From: Eledone cirrhosa
Taxonomy: Eukaryota
Assembly (NCBI GenBank): GCA_964016885.1
Contig: OZ024740.1
Location: 105,834,001-105,898,000 of the forward strand
Reading direction: 5' to 3'
Length of the DNA: 64,000 bases
The notes beneath the pieces were generated by a model, which was not told the DNA's origin, did no database searches, and saw only the letters and a program-made list of their open reading frames with translations. The translations under genes and the position numbers were made by a program. Positions 1-13,974 of this stretch are shown here, piece by piece. Position 1 is the first letter of the stretch, and every line of letters begins with the position of its first letter.

Positions 1-289
1 GTACGGAGGTATAAAGGGCGACCACATCAAGACTGAAGGCATATCCGTTGTCCTTTCTGGTGTTGGGCGCCAGATGGTGTAGTCGCTCCAAGACCTCCTT
101 TGAGCTGCAGACGTGGGCTCGTAGTGTGTGTAGAATGGGTTTCAGTAGTGTGAAGAGCAGCCACGTTATTTTGTAAAGTGGGCCCTCCACGCTAGAGACA
201 ATGGGCCTGATTTTCAAATCGGGTCCTTGTTTATGGGTTTTCACCAGGTGGTAGAAGGTGGGTAGTTTGCTGTTTCTAGTCGTTATGTT
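1..289 (-). mobile_element. Penelope-like retroelement reverse transcriptase fragment, runs off the window edge
   Basis: Manual translation of the minus strand is open: NSKLPTFYHLVKTHK...KIRPIVSS...AFSLDVVALYTSV, matching PLE RT motifs (P.FY.L.K.HK, RPIVS, SLDV..LYT). Confidence 0.85.
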
Positions 290-647
290 ATATTTATATA
301 AGTATTGTTATGTATATATTTATATAAGTATTGAAGTTTCCGTTGAAAATTGAAAACGTCATAGGAGTGAAGAGTGCTCTATGTAAGTTACAGAGTTAAT
401 TTAATGTATAATAAAAAATACAATATAATTACCTCATTACCAGAGGTTTCCCGAATAAGCGAATACAAGAAAAGTCCGCATTCGTTCGCCAGACAAGGCA
501 ATTCAAGTATATATATATACATTTTGAGTATATGTTGGTTGAATACCAACACCTGAGTATGCAGATTGGAGCACTCAACGAAGTGCGCAGGTTGGTTTGG
601 TTACTCCGGAGTAATGTAAAATAAAATAAAATAAATAAGTCAAATGT

Positions 648-725
648 TTAACATTTAGCTTCGTTTTTTACTGCTATATATATTTCGGTGACAGCCATCT
701 TTGGCTGTGACCTCTTCAGGCAGAC
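648..725 (-). ncRNA. Hammerhead ribozyme-like core
   Basis: Minus strand: CUGAAGA, stem II GGUCACAGCC/GGCUGUCACC, then GAAA. Stem III is imperfect and stem I is not convincing. Confidence 0.55.
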
Positions 726-842
726 CGAATTAGTGTGGTATAGACAAGTACATATGTTGTTGAGGTGTATAACTTTGTCAATACTCTGATATGCCCAGTT
801 CCTGGTTGGGTTGTTATTTCACTGAGGAATTGGAACTGGAAC

Positions 843-940
843 TAGCTTGGTGGCGTTGCCGGTTCGTCGCCGACGACCCGACCATGGGTCAGGTTGTACT
901 GGGTTACATGTTACCAATAGCAGTTGAGAGCGACCTGACA
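843..940 (-). mobile_element. 5' part of the short RTE-derived structured repeat
   Basis: Matches the copies at 13057, 13975 and 30258 (GTAACCCAGTACAACCTG...GGTCGGGTCGTCGGCGAC...CCGGCAAC). Confidence 0.75.
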
Positions 941-1227
941 TAAACATACATACATATGTATGCTTGGTGTGTATGTATGTATATGTATATGTATATGTAT
1001 ATATGTATGTGTATAAGTATGTATTTATGTATGTATTAGTGCATGCATGTCTGTACATTTATAAATTAAATAATCTGTTATTATCCTTCTATATGTAAAT
1101 ATATTTTTAGAGTACGTTACAATGAAATACCCTATACCCAGCTCATTTTCACTCTAATATTTTGATGTAAAATATAAACTAGAGTTAAAATAACCTACGT
1201 TCAGTTTGACGTGTCAGTATTGAAAGA

Positions 1228-1405
1228 TAATAATTGTTTCTACTTTAAGCACAAGGCCAGCAATTACTCAGTACATTACTGGTACTTTATTTTATCGACA
1301 CCGTAAGGATGAAAGCCAAAGTTAACCTCGGCGGGATTTGAAACTGTAAAGGGATGTAACTATGCTAGAAAGCATGGAGTCCAACCCTCTACCGATACTG
1401 CCAAT
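1228..1405 (-). mobile_element. tRNA-derived SINE with Meta-like central domain
   Basis: A-box TGGCAGTATCGG, B-box-like TTCAAATCCC, central CTTTCATCCTTACGGTGTCGATAAAATAAAGTACCAG, tail AGTAGAAACAATT. Confidence 0.85.
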
Positions 1406-1815
1406 TCTGAAACATTGTACAGTCTCAGAACTGGTATTTTCTTTTCTGAAAGAAGATTCACTCACCTACCATAAGCATAATTAAATCGCCTTTTAGATGA
1501 CATTTCAACATTTTTAACAACTCCATTCACACCGCATGCAATGTTTAATATTTTGTTGCTAAAGAATTAAGACAATGACAAATAGCAAAAATTGTAGAAT
1601 AAATTCTTTCAACTCGCCATGTGATTAATACGGATTAAAGTTAATGTTTTAAAACCTATACATGTCAGCACACGTGATACTTGAACAGCTACAGTGGTTG
1701 TGGTTGTTGTAGTGCTGACATTTTGGTTTAATTGTGAGTGACTGTAGCTTTTAACATTACTATACTATCTAATGAGCGAAACCACACCGCGATTGTGTGC
1801 TCATTCAATAGGCAT

Positions 1816-1854
<39 letters not shown>

Positions 1855-1918
1855 TTTTATATAAATCAGGAAAGAAGAGTGACACGGTTTGCTATACAAA
1901 AAAGTTTTTAATCTCATT

Positions 1919-2024
1919 GCTGACAATTGTTTCTCTGAACTGGTAGGTCTAGAGATCGCTATCCGCTTATTTTTACGTTACTCGATCGCCAATAGAAAGT
2001 TATAACCAGTCAGTTCATCGGAGC
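1919..2024 (-). ncRNA. Degenerate type I hammerhead with long stem II
   Basis: GCU-CCGAUGA (U4 to C), extended stem II (ACUGACUGGU...CCAGUUCAG), GAAA-CAAUUG-UC-AGC; stem III ACAAUUGU is palindromic. Confidence 0.6.
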
Positions 2025-2959
2025 TTGCGAGAATGAAGAGAATATACAGGCATGAAAAGAATATACAGGCTACTATATGTAGTAGTAATGGCATTCAGTT
2101 AGAACAATAACAACAATATCAACAATGCTAGCAATAAATTATTTGAAATAATCACAACATCAATCTAGGTGGGAAGTATAGTATATCTATGATTTTAGCG
2201 TGTAAAACTAGCTGACATGAGGCAGATGTATAAAATTGACATGTAAAAACTGTCGTAGGGCGTATTATATCAAGTGTAAAGATAAGCTGATGTTTTTAAA
2301 CAATGTAGGTCAGGTGGCCGTAATAGTCGGTTTTTATATGACCGATGAAGCATTTATTACTGTAGTGAAATTTGTGTGGTCTATATTAGATGAGAGGGCT
2401 GTCTATCTTTCTCGTCCTCAATAACATACATGTATAAGACAACACTAACAAAGCTAAATAATGGGCAAGTTAATACAGAGGTTAAGGAGGCAATATATAT
2501 ATATATATACACATATATACACACACACATGCACACAAACATATATATATATATACACACACACATACAAATAATACATACATACAAAGAGAAATCATGC
2601 TGACTATAATTGTAGCAAGAGGTAGGTAAAGTTCTGTTGTAGTAGTATTTTGAAATGTTCTTGGATTTAGGATCAAGTGATGACAGCAGATGAGAAGAGA
2701 TAAGTTTATGGGTTGATGAGGTACTTACAGATATTAGTGTGGTATAGAACTAAGAAGGCTAGAATGTACTTAATAATTATATTTCTGTGGTGATTCGTGC
2801 AGAGTGGTGGGTATCCTAGTTGAAAGCTATGTTACGTCGGTTCGATTCATGGAGGTTTAAATCTTATGAATTTAGTGGCGATCCTGTGTCTGTAGAAGAT
2901 AGATCTTTCTAACTTGTTGTTAAGTAGCCTCTACTGTATATCCTTAGAAATGTAAAAAG

Positions 2960-3238
2960 GCTACTATTCCATAAACAAGTTCAGATTCGGGTGCCACTCC
3001 TTATTTTTAAGTTTCTCTTAAGCTAACAATGCCTATATTTCAGGTGTCTATACGATGGTTGGGGGTCGGTCATGGTTGATGGATTTAAAGAAAAGTTAAA
3101 TTCTTTAAAAGCTAATTCTTTAAAGCTCTACTGCGAGTGAAAAATGCCAAGAGAATTCTATAAACCAGTTCAAATATTGGGTGCCTATCATTATTGTCAT
3201 ATTTCTCTTAAGCTATATTCCAGATGTCAATAGACACA
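2960..3238 (-). repeat. Dispersed repeat with ~180-nt internal periodicity; inverted copy at 4596-4790
   Basis: 2970-3057 is the reverse complement of 4596-4685, and 3157-3238 is a diverged second unit. Confidence 0.7.
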
Positions 3239-3239
3239 T

Positions 3240-3260
3240 TCACATACACACACACATATA

Positions 3261-3318
<58 letters not shown>

Positions 3319-3337
3319 TATAAATATATATATATAC

Positions 3338-3434
<97 letters not shown>

Positions 3435-3564
3435 TATATATATGTGTGTGTATATATATATACATATATATATATACATATAAATATACACATATACAAA
3501 ATTATACAAACACACCTACAGAAATACACATATATACACATATACAAAATACATAAATACACAC

Positions 3565-3640
<76 letters not shown>

Positions 3641-3661
3641 GTATATATATATATACATACG

Positions 3662-3694
<33 letters not shown>

Positions 3695-3953
3695 GAATAA
3701 AGTTAGTCCTTCATCAGTGATCTTCCAACCATCATTGGTATTTCATCGCTTTAAAGACCATATACCTCCGGTTGGTGCGAGCAACGGCTAAAAAAAGTCG
3801 TTGGGACACGTAAATAAAGGGGACATGAGTGTATACAAACAAAGATGGTGAAGCAACGAAAAGTGAGGAAGAAGGAGTTAAGTCCCAAATTTCTATGAAT
3901 TTAAATTCGGTAAAATCGTGAACGAGAGAGAATAAATATATATACATACATAT

Positions 3954-4000
<47 letters not shown>

Positions 4001-4005
4001 CATAC

Positions 4006-4089
<84 letters not shown>

Positions 4090-4150
4090 CTGTGGTTACC
4101 TCCGATTCAACCCGGAATAACGTATATATATATATATATATATATATATA
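3240..4150. repeat. (TA)n/(CA)n microsatellite arrays with short inserts
   Basis: Read directly from the sequence. Confidence 0.95.
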
Positions 4151-4848
4151 CTATTAATAATGAGTTCAAATCTCAGGTAGTCCTTTACAATGAAATAGCT
4201 CAAAGAAAGAAGTATTTCTGAGCCGTGTAATACAAGCTAATATAAATTAATATATTTGATAAACACAAATACCAACATATCCATGTTTGTAATGTAAATG
4301 ACTAAGTTAGCTAGATTGAAAAATACTAATTATAATAATACAGTTTGCCTGTCTCGATTTAAAATAATAAATCAATAAAACAAAGTATATTGGCAAATGG
4401 CCGTGGTGCTTGGACAAATTTAAATTTCAAAATCAAACCTGTTCCGTAGACTGGTTTAAACCTTAAAATCAAAATAAGTTTCGAAAAATGAAAGTGAAAG
4501 AATACCGCATTTCTATCTCCTCGGCAAGCACCAGAAATATTGGCAAATGGCCATTTACCAATATACTTTGTTTTATTGATTTATTATTTTAAATCATCAT
4601 ATAGACATCTGAAATATAGGCATTGTTAGCTTAAGAGAAACTTAAAAATAAGGAGTGGCATCCCATTCTGAACTTGTTTATAGAATTCTTTCTGCCTTTG
4701 CCACTCTAAATATAAATTATAGCCTTAAAGAATTAGCTTTTAATGAAATTCCCTTTTCTTTCAACCAATGACCTCCAACCATCCCACTCCCCACCCTCTC
4801 CTACCACCTGAAAAGATATAAATACCACAACATTTATTTTGGAAAGCC

Positions 4849-4899
4849 AGATTCCTGATGATTTCTAAAGAATGAAACAGTTCTAGTCCTGTAGAATCT
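4849..4899 (+). ncRNA. Type I hammerhead ribozyme
   Basis: Stem I AGAUUC/GAAUCU; CUGAUGA; stem II UUC/GAA; GAAA; stem III ACAG/CUGU; predicted GUA cleavage triplet. A degenerate copy lies at 48708-48750. Confidence 0.75.
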
Positions 4900-4913
4900 C
4901 ATTTATATTAAAA

Positions 4914-4986
<73 letters not shown>

Positions 4987-5201
4987 TTATCTTGTGATTA
5001 ACTTGTAGTTACTAGCGGCGACGCTGGTCGAAGCATTCGGTGTTGTTACTGTGTCCGTCTCTCGTAGGGTTGTGCTCCAGGTTTTAGGCCGCTGTATTTT
5101 GTAGAGTATATATGAAGTGACAATAAGAATTGTAACTTTCTGTAAACTTTATTTCATATTACTATTGTTTCTATATCGATCAGCTTGTTGATGGATCACT
5201 C

Positions 5202-5280
<79 letters not shown>

Positions 5281-7687
5281 CAGTAATAATAAAATACGAA
5301 GGCTAGATTTCCATTATTTGTTTTATTACGTATTCTGCCTTGATATTCATTTTTGTGGTGCAGTCATTCCGCCATGATGCTATGACGTAATTCTTGAGAC
5401 GACGTCATTAGATATCCTCTTAGGTATAACATTTAATCATGAAATCCCTTTCTATTGGTATGGAGACAGACCTGTTTTCAATGTTGTTAATTCAAAAGTA
5501 TTTATTCATTAATCAACGCTCTGTATCATTCCAGTTTTAAGTTGGGATTTTTTTAAAAGAAGATTATATTGTTGCTAATTGTAGAAATATCGAACAACCA
5601 TATAAAGACATCTTTGTTGCCTCGAGCTCTCCCATTTATGTATTTAACTCTTTTCCTGATACCGGATAACGCCATGAGGAAAGACCAAGTTGAAAAAATA
5701 TTTGTATACGTATTCAAAAGGGATGGTTAGTTTCAGTTAGTGTTAAGAAAGCAAGAATAGATCACAACAGATACTTCATAAAATCTAGTGGAAATATAAA
5801 ATCTAGTGGAAATATACCAGAAGTTAATATAATCACAGGAATTTTCGACAAAAGATTTTTCTCTAATGAGGTTCAATTGATGTTAGACTCTTATTTTATA
5901 AGTTACCTATCTTCTAAACATTAATAAATGAATATTCTAATAACTTGTATTAACAATAACCTAAGTTATAATCGAAATACATTGTGTTGATATACCTTCA
6001 GTATTTAGAGTTGTAGCAGGAAGAAATATAAGGGTTCTGGATGACTAGTTTTGGGATTAAGAATCTATACCTTGTCATTATCTTGCACTTAATCGATAAC
6101 AATCAAATAACAATGATTTACATTATGTTAGCTTTCAGGGCTTATTTGAATTCCTTCTGTGGCTAAAGCTCAGAGATCGATGGGCACCGCTGCGAAACTG
6201 ATTGTCTAAAATTCACTGCATGTAAAAATAAAATCTTCAATACTTATTCTCGTAATGGTGATTTGAATAGTTAATTGATCTTTTCAACTAATATTCTCAT
6301 TGATATTTAGTTGAATTTCACCGAAATGAGCTTGCTAACGTTCTTTCACTAATATAACAGGATTGTGTAGTTTGAAACTTTCATGTTTGCATAAAACATA
6401 TTTTCCTTAATGTAGAAAGACTTTGCGTTAATACCCTCGTAATAGAAAGAACTGAACTAATACTGTATAATATCCATAAACATCCAGTATTAAAACCATC
6501 TACAGTACATATTTAACAGCTCTTTAATAGATATTTTCGAAAGAAAATAATCTCCACAATCACATATTTGTTCATTCCCTTGTAGAGGACTTTTATCTCA
6601 GCACCATAAATAACCAAAATAAATGTTGAATTGTTATAAATATGAGTTAAATATCCTTAATATTACCATATATATCCTTAATATCTACCACCGTGAAAAA
6701 GAAAAGAAAGCATTGCTTTACATCTGAGAAAAATTCAGAGTTAACTCGATTCATTTTTAGTTAGGTTGACTCTCCAACACCGAATCGATCACTATATATT
6801 TCCTATTTATAGGGTTCTGATAACTGTTCTATAGTAAAATAAGAGTGTTAGGATATATCAAATGCTTTATTTAAACTACAGTATATAGTTCGAAATAGAA
6901 ATTATGTTTCATGTTAAAGAGATCAAGAACTTAAGTACGAAGATAGTTATTAAATGAAAATTAAAACTGCCTGATTTTACTATTTCGTTGCTTCACCTAA
7001 GACACTGAGACACTAAGGCACAAGGAACTATTTGTGAGAGAATTGGAGGTACTGTGTTCGTTTTATTCGTCATATATATGTTTTTTGCTTTCCAGCCGTG
7101 GCTATACCATCTTATTTTAGGCATAGCGTATCTAGGACAACGTTAAGCAATGTATCTTTTCTTTTTAACGATACTAAGTGTGGTTACTATCGCAAGCAAA
7201 TCAAATAAATTCGTAAACAACATACATTTATGATGACATTTTAAACAACGATGTTCGTCGCTTTGATGAGTATCACTCCTTGCTCTCGGCTAATTCTATG
7301 ACGAAACAAAGAGGATTGAACGCTAGTAATAATTTTGTCCAGCAAATAACCAATTATGAGAGCGAAACGTACGAAATGACAATACAACGTGGCTTCCATA
7401 CCAGATACAATAACATAAGATAAACAGAAGAATGGGGATGATGTTATCCATTTCATCAATGAATTGAATATATATAATATCTGTTTTTCATATTATAAAT
7501 ATTTCTTTCAATCTCATATTCACTTCTCTACATCATTTTGCATTAATTTCTGTTTTCAACGACTTATCTAAATACTATAATCGAAATCCAATATGGCTGC
7601 TGCAACAAGATAGGCAATATGGCTTCCATAATTAGATAATGGAAGAAAATGAAAACTTCGTTCAACCCACTCGTTTTTAATCTACAT

Positions 7688-7878
7688 TAATTGTTTCTAC
7701 TTTTGGCACAAGGCCAGCAATTACCCAGTGTATTACTGGTACTTTATGTTATCGACCCCGTAAGGATGAAAGGCAAAGTTAACCTCGGCGGGATTTGAAC
7801 TCAGAATGGCAAGGGCCGTAACTCTATGCGTCAAAGCATGGCGTCCGACCCTCTACCGATACTGCCAATCCACCGCCC
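7688..7878 (-). mobile_element. Full-length tRNA-derived SINE with 15-bp TSD
   Basis: Same family as 1228; TTAATCTACATTAAT is present on both sides. Confidence 0.9.
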
Positions 7879-8565
7879 TTAATCTACATTAATGCTAACT
7901 GATATTAAAAGATACTTCCTTTATATTTTGAATTATGTCTCTCAAATAATATCGCTGTAGTTCTGCGGTGTAATATCGAAAATCAAACATATCTGAAGAA
8001 CATCATTATCAAATGGTTATTACACACTAAATTTGGTGTCGCTTCATATATTTATCTCAAATATTGTTGTTGTCTTTTTCTAAATGCAACATATATATAT
8101 TCAAATAGAACATTTTTTGAAATTGAGATAGTTATTGTTAGAGTTTAACTCAAGGTCAGTTGTGATTCAGCAGACCTATGATTAAAGGCATTCTACTTGT
8201 TTCAGGTATCTAACATTACGTTATATCTGTACCTCTTAGTGTACCTCTTAATGAGAGAAGATGGGCTTGAGTGCGTGTTCTGAAAATCAGGGAATCACTG
8301 TTAGGAGCACCAACTATTTCTAGTTTTTCTTTTAGATCATTAAGCAAACAGCTTTGCTTCCAAGGCGTCATGTACATTTATACTTCCATCTCTGAGTAAG
8401 GCTACGTTGGTCGGAAAAAGAAAGATGATCGAGATGTTATTTATCTCTATTGTTTCTTTGATTGACTTCACCAAAGCTCTATTTTTTACAGTATTAGAAT
8501 AGCACCCGACGCTGCATCTGTGTATTTGTGTTTGTCAAGAAATATATTCTGATTGATGTACATAG

Positions 8566-9585
8566 ATGATGGCTGCAACTCGATTTCCAGCAATTCCATC
8601 GCTTGACATTCCTCTTAAGGATGAGGAACACGGACGTGGCTTTTTAGTCCCACTAGGGATTCACACAAGTGGCAACAATGTTTTTTTTTTTTTTTTTGCA
8701 GTAGGCGTTAAGGAGCTGCTTTGGTTCACTTTTATATGACGTTTCACACCACTAATTGAAGGACATTCTTTTCCAGAGTCCCTGCAAACAGAATGCCATA
8801 CAATGCATAGTTGACAGGGTCCATCTGCATGCGGCATCTTAGATGATATCTAAGGCCTGCCTTTCCTATGCATAACCGGTCACATTTTTTACAAGTTAAA
8901 TTGACCAACATGCCAAGATGCTCAGATAAACTGACCACAAGCACAGTGTGTCAGCTATTCATCCTCAACATGTTTTATTTTCAAATTCTTCCATCTCATC
9001 GTGCTCCAGGAATCTAGAGCGAGGCTCTCAGTCATTCTCCGAAGATTTCCATCCTCAGTGTGTTTTTAATGTAATCCTGTACCTCAATTTCGGTTTGTGC
9101 GCTTTTTGTTTACCTTCGACTAGCTCACTGTACAGCAACTGCTTAGAAACGCGATCATCAATTCATTTTCACCAGTTGACCATTCCATCGTAAACAAGGC
9201 TCAACTATGAGAGAGTCTATACTGATAGACTGAGTGCGTTCGAGAACTTCAGTGTTACTCACGTATATTTTTAGTAGATGTTCTATATATATCGAAGACA
9301 CTGTAGGTGAAAGTACTCCAACCTTTTGAGAATCCTTCGGTAAGTCACCCATGCCTCACATGTATACAGCAAAGAAGATATCATATGTATTATATATACA
9401 CTTTCAATTTTGTCTCACTGGAAATACCATGCACAGACCAAAGACATTCACCCAGATTTCCAAATGCATCATTTGCTTTCGTGATTCGAATGGAGATTTC
9501 ATCATCCAGAGAATTGATCATATTTTCAGTACTGTCTAGATTCACAAACCTATCTACGTCTTTTGATCTCTGGCCATACACATAT
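8566..9585 (-). mobile_element. RTE-clade LINE 3' fragment, degenerate
   Basis: LDDEISIRITKANDAFGNL..LW..HGIS.ETKLKVY, VSNTEVLER, LRWNGQLVKM, C-terminal CKKC...HLR; ends in GCAGCCATCAT. Confidence 0.8.
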
Positions 9586-9589
9586 ACAA

Positions 9590-9953
9590 ATTAAAAATAC
9601 AATACATTAATGGAACAGGAAACTATGTAAAACATTCCCAAAATTCCTCATCTAATAACTGCATATACACTTGTACAGGTACAAAGCATATGCACATGCA
9701 CACACATTCACACATACAATAAAATCCATACCTGCACACACATGCATTCATGCAGGCATGCATACATATTTACCTAGTTGATGTTGTGTAAATTCCAATG
9801 AGAGAATTTTGTATCTATGTTAGAAACCGTCTCTCTCTCTCTATTGGCAAAAATTTGTGAAATTATAAAAGCAGAAGAACATACATACATACATACATAC
9901 ATACATACATACATACATACATACATACATACATACATACATACATACATACA

Positions 9954-9982
<29 letters not shown>
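9590..9982 (+). mobile_element. 5'-truncated 3' end of an R4/Dong-type LINE plus (CATA)n tail
   Basis: Homologous to 18375-18632, which is the ORF end and 3' UTR of the long copy. Confidence 0.8.
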
Positions 9983-9984
<2 letters not shown>

Positions 9985-10149
9985 CTTCAGATCCCATTAT
10001 CACCGCTCTTAATCATTAGAACTAACACTATTCAGTATCACATAATCACAACATTAGGATGTGTCACGAGACAAAGAAGATTTTCAAGGATGGCTGAACA
10101 TCCATCGTAAATCTAATCGAATAGAAATCAAACAGCAAATGTTATTGTA

Positions 10150-10960
10150 GTTATGTCTTGTTCTTCTTACCTATTGCAACTAATACCGCCATTACCATCG
10201 GTATATTCAGCACTATATCCACCGCCACCTCTGTCAGCACTACCTCCACAAATACCAGCGACATCGTATCGTCGCTTTTACTACTACACACGCTTCTCTC
10301 ACATCAGCTCTATAAACCCAACTACCAGCATCGCCATCACTAACACTATCAAGACAATTATCCTCAGCTCTACAACACACATCCCCACCGCCACAACCCC
10401 GACTATCCCAACCGCAACCATTACAACCATGACTAATAACTAAATCACCGCCACCACCATCATCAGGATCACCTTAACTATCGCTAGGTCTACAAAACAC
10501 ATCACTGCCACCACAACCCCAACAACCACAACCACTACTATCTCAACCATGACTTCGACTAATATTACCACCAGCACCACCGCAACCATCATCACCATCA
10601 TCATCATCACTACTACCACTACCACCACCACCACCATCATCATCACCATAACTATCGCCAAGTCTATAACACATCAACGCCATCACAACCACCACTACCA
10701 CAACCACTACCATCACAACCATGACTACTACCAATATCACCACCGCCACCACCACCATTATCACCACCACCACTCTCGTCCTCTTTCCAACCTCCGCAGT
10801 CACCATTACACCATTATGACGACGGACGAAGAGGATGGCGAAGACGACGAAGACCACCACCAACACCACCACCACCACTGCCAACACCATCATCAACATA
10901 ATAATCAATAATAGAGTCAACAATAACGGCAACATATTAATAACATTCCTTCATAACTAT
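10150..10960. repeat. Degenerate ACC/ATC/ACT trinucleotide low-complexity tract
   Basis: Read directly; accounts for the poly-T/H/V ORFs. Confidence 0.85.
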
Positions 10961-11134
10961 TGTCATTAATCATTGCGATATTATGTAGTAAATGTTCCGA
11001 TCAAACATGGCGGCATCAATAGAAGTATTTCCGGTTTAATGATGAAATTCATTTTCTTCTTGGAGGCAATCATGCTGTAATAGGCAATCTCCCACCCTTA
11101 ACCAAATAGATTTTGATAACCTTTCTCAAAATAG

Positions 11135-11159
11135 TTTATCTATTTACCTATCTATTTAC

Positions 11160-11249
<90 letters not shown>

Positions 11250-11400
11250 GTCTATCTATCTGTCTGTGTGTCTGCAAATCTGTCTCTCTGTCTCTCTTTC
11301 TATCTCACACTCTCTCTCTTTTTCTCTCTCTTTCTCTCTTTCTCTTATATATATATATATGTATATGTGTGTGTGTGTGTTAGTGTGTGTGTGTGTGTAT
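11135..11400. repeat. (TATC)n, (TC)n, (TA)n, (TG)n compound microsatellite
   Basis: Read directly from the sequence. Confidence 0.95.
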
Positions 11401-11867
11401 ATCTTCTATATCCATATATCCAAATATACATATGTATGTACGTATTTAAGTGAGGTAGACATTGAGGGTCTAGTTGGTTCTGTGATTTGGTGTATATAGT
11501 AGGTTAAAATGGTTGTCATGAATACCCTTGGTTTTAAGTACAAAGGTTATAAGTCACCAAGTTACGTTCATTCGAGTTTAATACAGGACTAATCATCCGT
11601 TAAAAGATTCTGCGGAAGAAAGGTCAAATAATCATTTATCACATACACACATATACACATTCACATATGCCCATGCATTCACACACTCTCACTCACACGT
11701 ACATACGTACACACTCACAGCTATATACACAAACAATAACATACGAGACACAAACACACATGCATATGTATATAAGAGTTAGTCGGTTAGGTGAGTATAT
11801 ATGATCATGGCTCACGCACCGAGATTGTTATCATTGTGAGAACGGTCTAACACATGACTACCTGAAA

Positions 11868-12065
11868 TACGAGGGTCTGCTGAAAAGTTCATAGCCTGAC
11901 CAAGAAAGTCTCATGGAATGACGAAATGAGATTTATATTTCAACATAGTCCATGGAAAAAGACAATGCAGTTATCAATAAGAATATTTGAAATTAATGCA
12001 AGATTTCACAGAACTAACATCACTTATTCATAGTCCGCCTATGAACATTTCAGCCAACCCTCGTA
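11868..12065. mobile_element. mariner-type MITE
   Basis: TA-CGAGGGTCTGCTGAAAAGTTCATAG ... CTATGAACATTTCAGCCAACCCTCG-TA: imperfect TIRs with TA duplication. Confidence 0.8.
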
Positions 12066-12896
12066 TCTGTAAATCGACGTATTCGGGGAAAACTTTTCTA
12101 GGCAGGAATATAAGAAACTGTCGTTATTTTTATTGATTTGTTTAGGATGTAGGATTAACTGTGTTCATGGCCTTCACCCGCTTTGCGAGACCGATCAGAT
12201 TAATCCAATTATTGTACCTCTTACAAAGTTGCAAGATTAGAAAAACATGGGTAAAAAGAAATGGAAAAGTAGATGATATAAAGATCAGTTAAGGAGATGC
12301 ATTATGAGTGACGAAAAGGGAGGGGGAGGATTGTTGTGTCGAGATGGCTTGGTTAAAGGATCTGGCATGTAAGGATGAGTAGAGTAAATAGGTACCTTTT
12401 AAGCCAGATGAAACAACACTATGTTGGTTAAAACACTCAGATGTCTAATTTTTAGCCACAGATATTCAGCAAACACCATCTAGGACTCCATAGCATGCTG
12501 GTTAACGTATTTTCCTGTCATCCAAGAAAAACGTGGTTCGATTCTTCAACCGATTTTTTCAACTGATATTTATAGTGATAATCTATAATTATAGTTATCT
12601 GCACTGAGACCCCTACATTTTCAAATTCCAGATATCCAAACGCTTCATAAGCCAACAAGATGTTTATGTTCTAGACACGAGTTTGGATCTTCAAAAATAA
12701 ATTATAAGTACGGCGAGAAGACATTAAGGCAGTTGTTAACAGTCACTCGGAAGAGATGCAAACATAGTACGATACCTCGGGGGCGACTCAATCCATTTTC
12801 CCCCCATAATCATGGCTAATTTAACTGATATTCTTTTCACGGTGACAATTATAGCTATCTGCATATTCATACAGATAAATTTACATATATATATAT

Positions 12897-12969
12897 GTTG
12901 CCGGTTTAGTCGCCGATGACCCGACCATGAGACAGGTAGTAGTTTGTTACATGTTACATTTGGGTTACA

Positions 12970-13059
<90 letters not shown>

Positions 13060-13240
13060 AGGTCGCTCTCAAGTGTTACAGGTAACATGTAACCCAGTAC
13101 AACATGTCTCATGGTCGGGTCATCGGTGACTAAACCGGCAACGCCACCAAGCTTGCTTGGTGAAGGCATGATATTTGGACACTCTGTGGGATGAAATACA
13201 AGACCCGGAAAATGGCGGAGGAACTCACGACCATCCAAAT
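12897..13240. mobile_element. Two head-to-head copies of the RTE-derived repeat 5' region around a (GT)n tract
   Basis: 12897-12970 is the reverse complement of about 13088-13142. Confidence 0.75.
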
Positions 13241-13436
13241 AGTATTTTTTATTTTAGGGCTGGCGTATTTTCCGTGCCAAACGTTTGCACTGAAGATATG
13301 TGTCGTCAGTTCAAAAAAGTGTGGTTGGTCCTACACAAGCCTTCACCACTTAAAACAAAACTTTGTGTGGGTAGTTCAAAATCAGTTCACATTTTAATTT
13401 TTTGGACACTCATACGTCGGATATTGACGGGAGAGT

Positions 13437-13509
<73 letters not shown>

Positions 13510-13552
13510 AGTAAGATTATTTTCGAAACAGCGAGCGAGTTTGAAATTATAA

Positions 13553-13715
13553 ATATAAGCTATCGCCGTATTTTGACTAAAGAAATTAAAGAAATTATTT
13601 AGCCTGATAGTGGGGTTAAGAACTGTCATCTTTTTCCATTTCTCCGAGGGTTCTTAACCCCACTATCAGGCTAAATAATTTCTTTAATTTCTTTAGTCAA
13701 AATACGGTGATAGCT

Positions 13716-13720
<5 letters not shown>
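13553..13720. repeat. Fold-back hairpin with 71-bp arms and a 26-nt loop
   Basis: 13553-13623 versus 13650-13720, one mismatch seen. Confidence 0.9.
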
Positions 13721-13753
<33 letters not shown>

Positions 13754-13885
13754 CGTATTTCCGTGGCACTGACTTGATGCTGTCGTGCAATTGTTACAAA
13801 CGCGACCACACAACAGCTCAATGCTGGTGTCACGGAGATACATATAATAATAAATACGATTATGTAACTTCTGTCTTAACATTTA

Positions 13886-13962
<77 letters not shown>

Positions 13963-13974
13963 GCAGTAGCACTC

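Noticed and set aside
3181-4019. Many ORFs of [12 protein letters not shown] type here and near 31800, 57000 and 60000
   Set aside because: Translations of microsatellites.
5300-6600. Faint PLE RT-like traces on the minus strand
   Set aside because: Too decayed to support without a profile search.
10153-10935. Thr/His/Val-rich mucin-like ORFs
   Set aside because: Degenerate trinucleotide tract open in several frames on both strands, with no domain or splice evidence.
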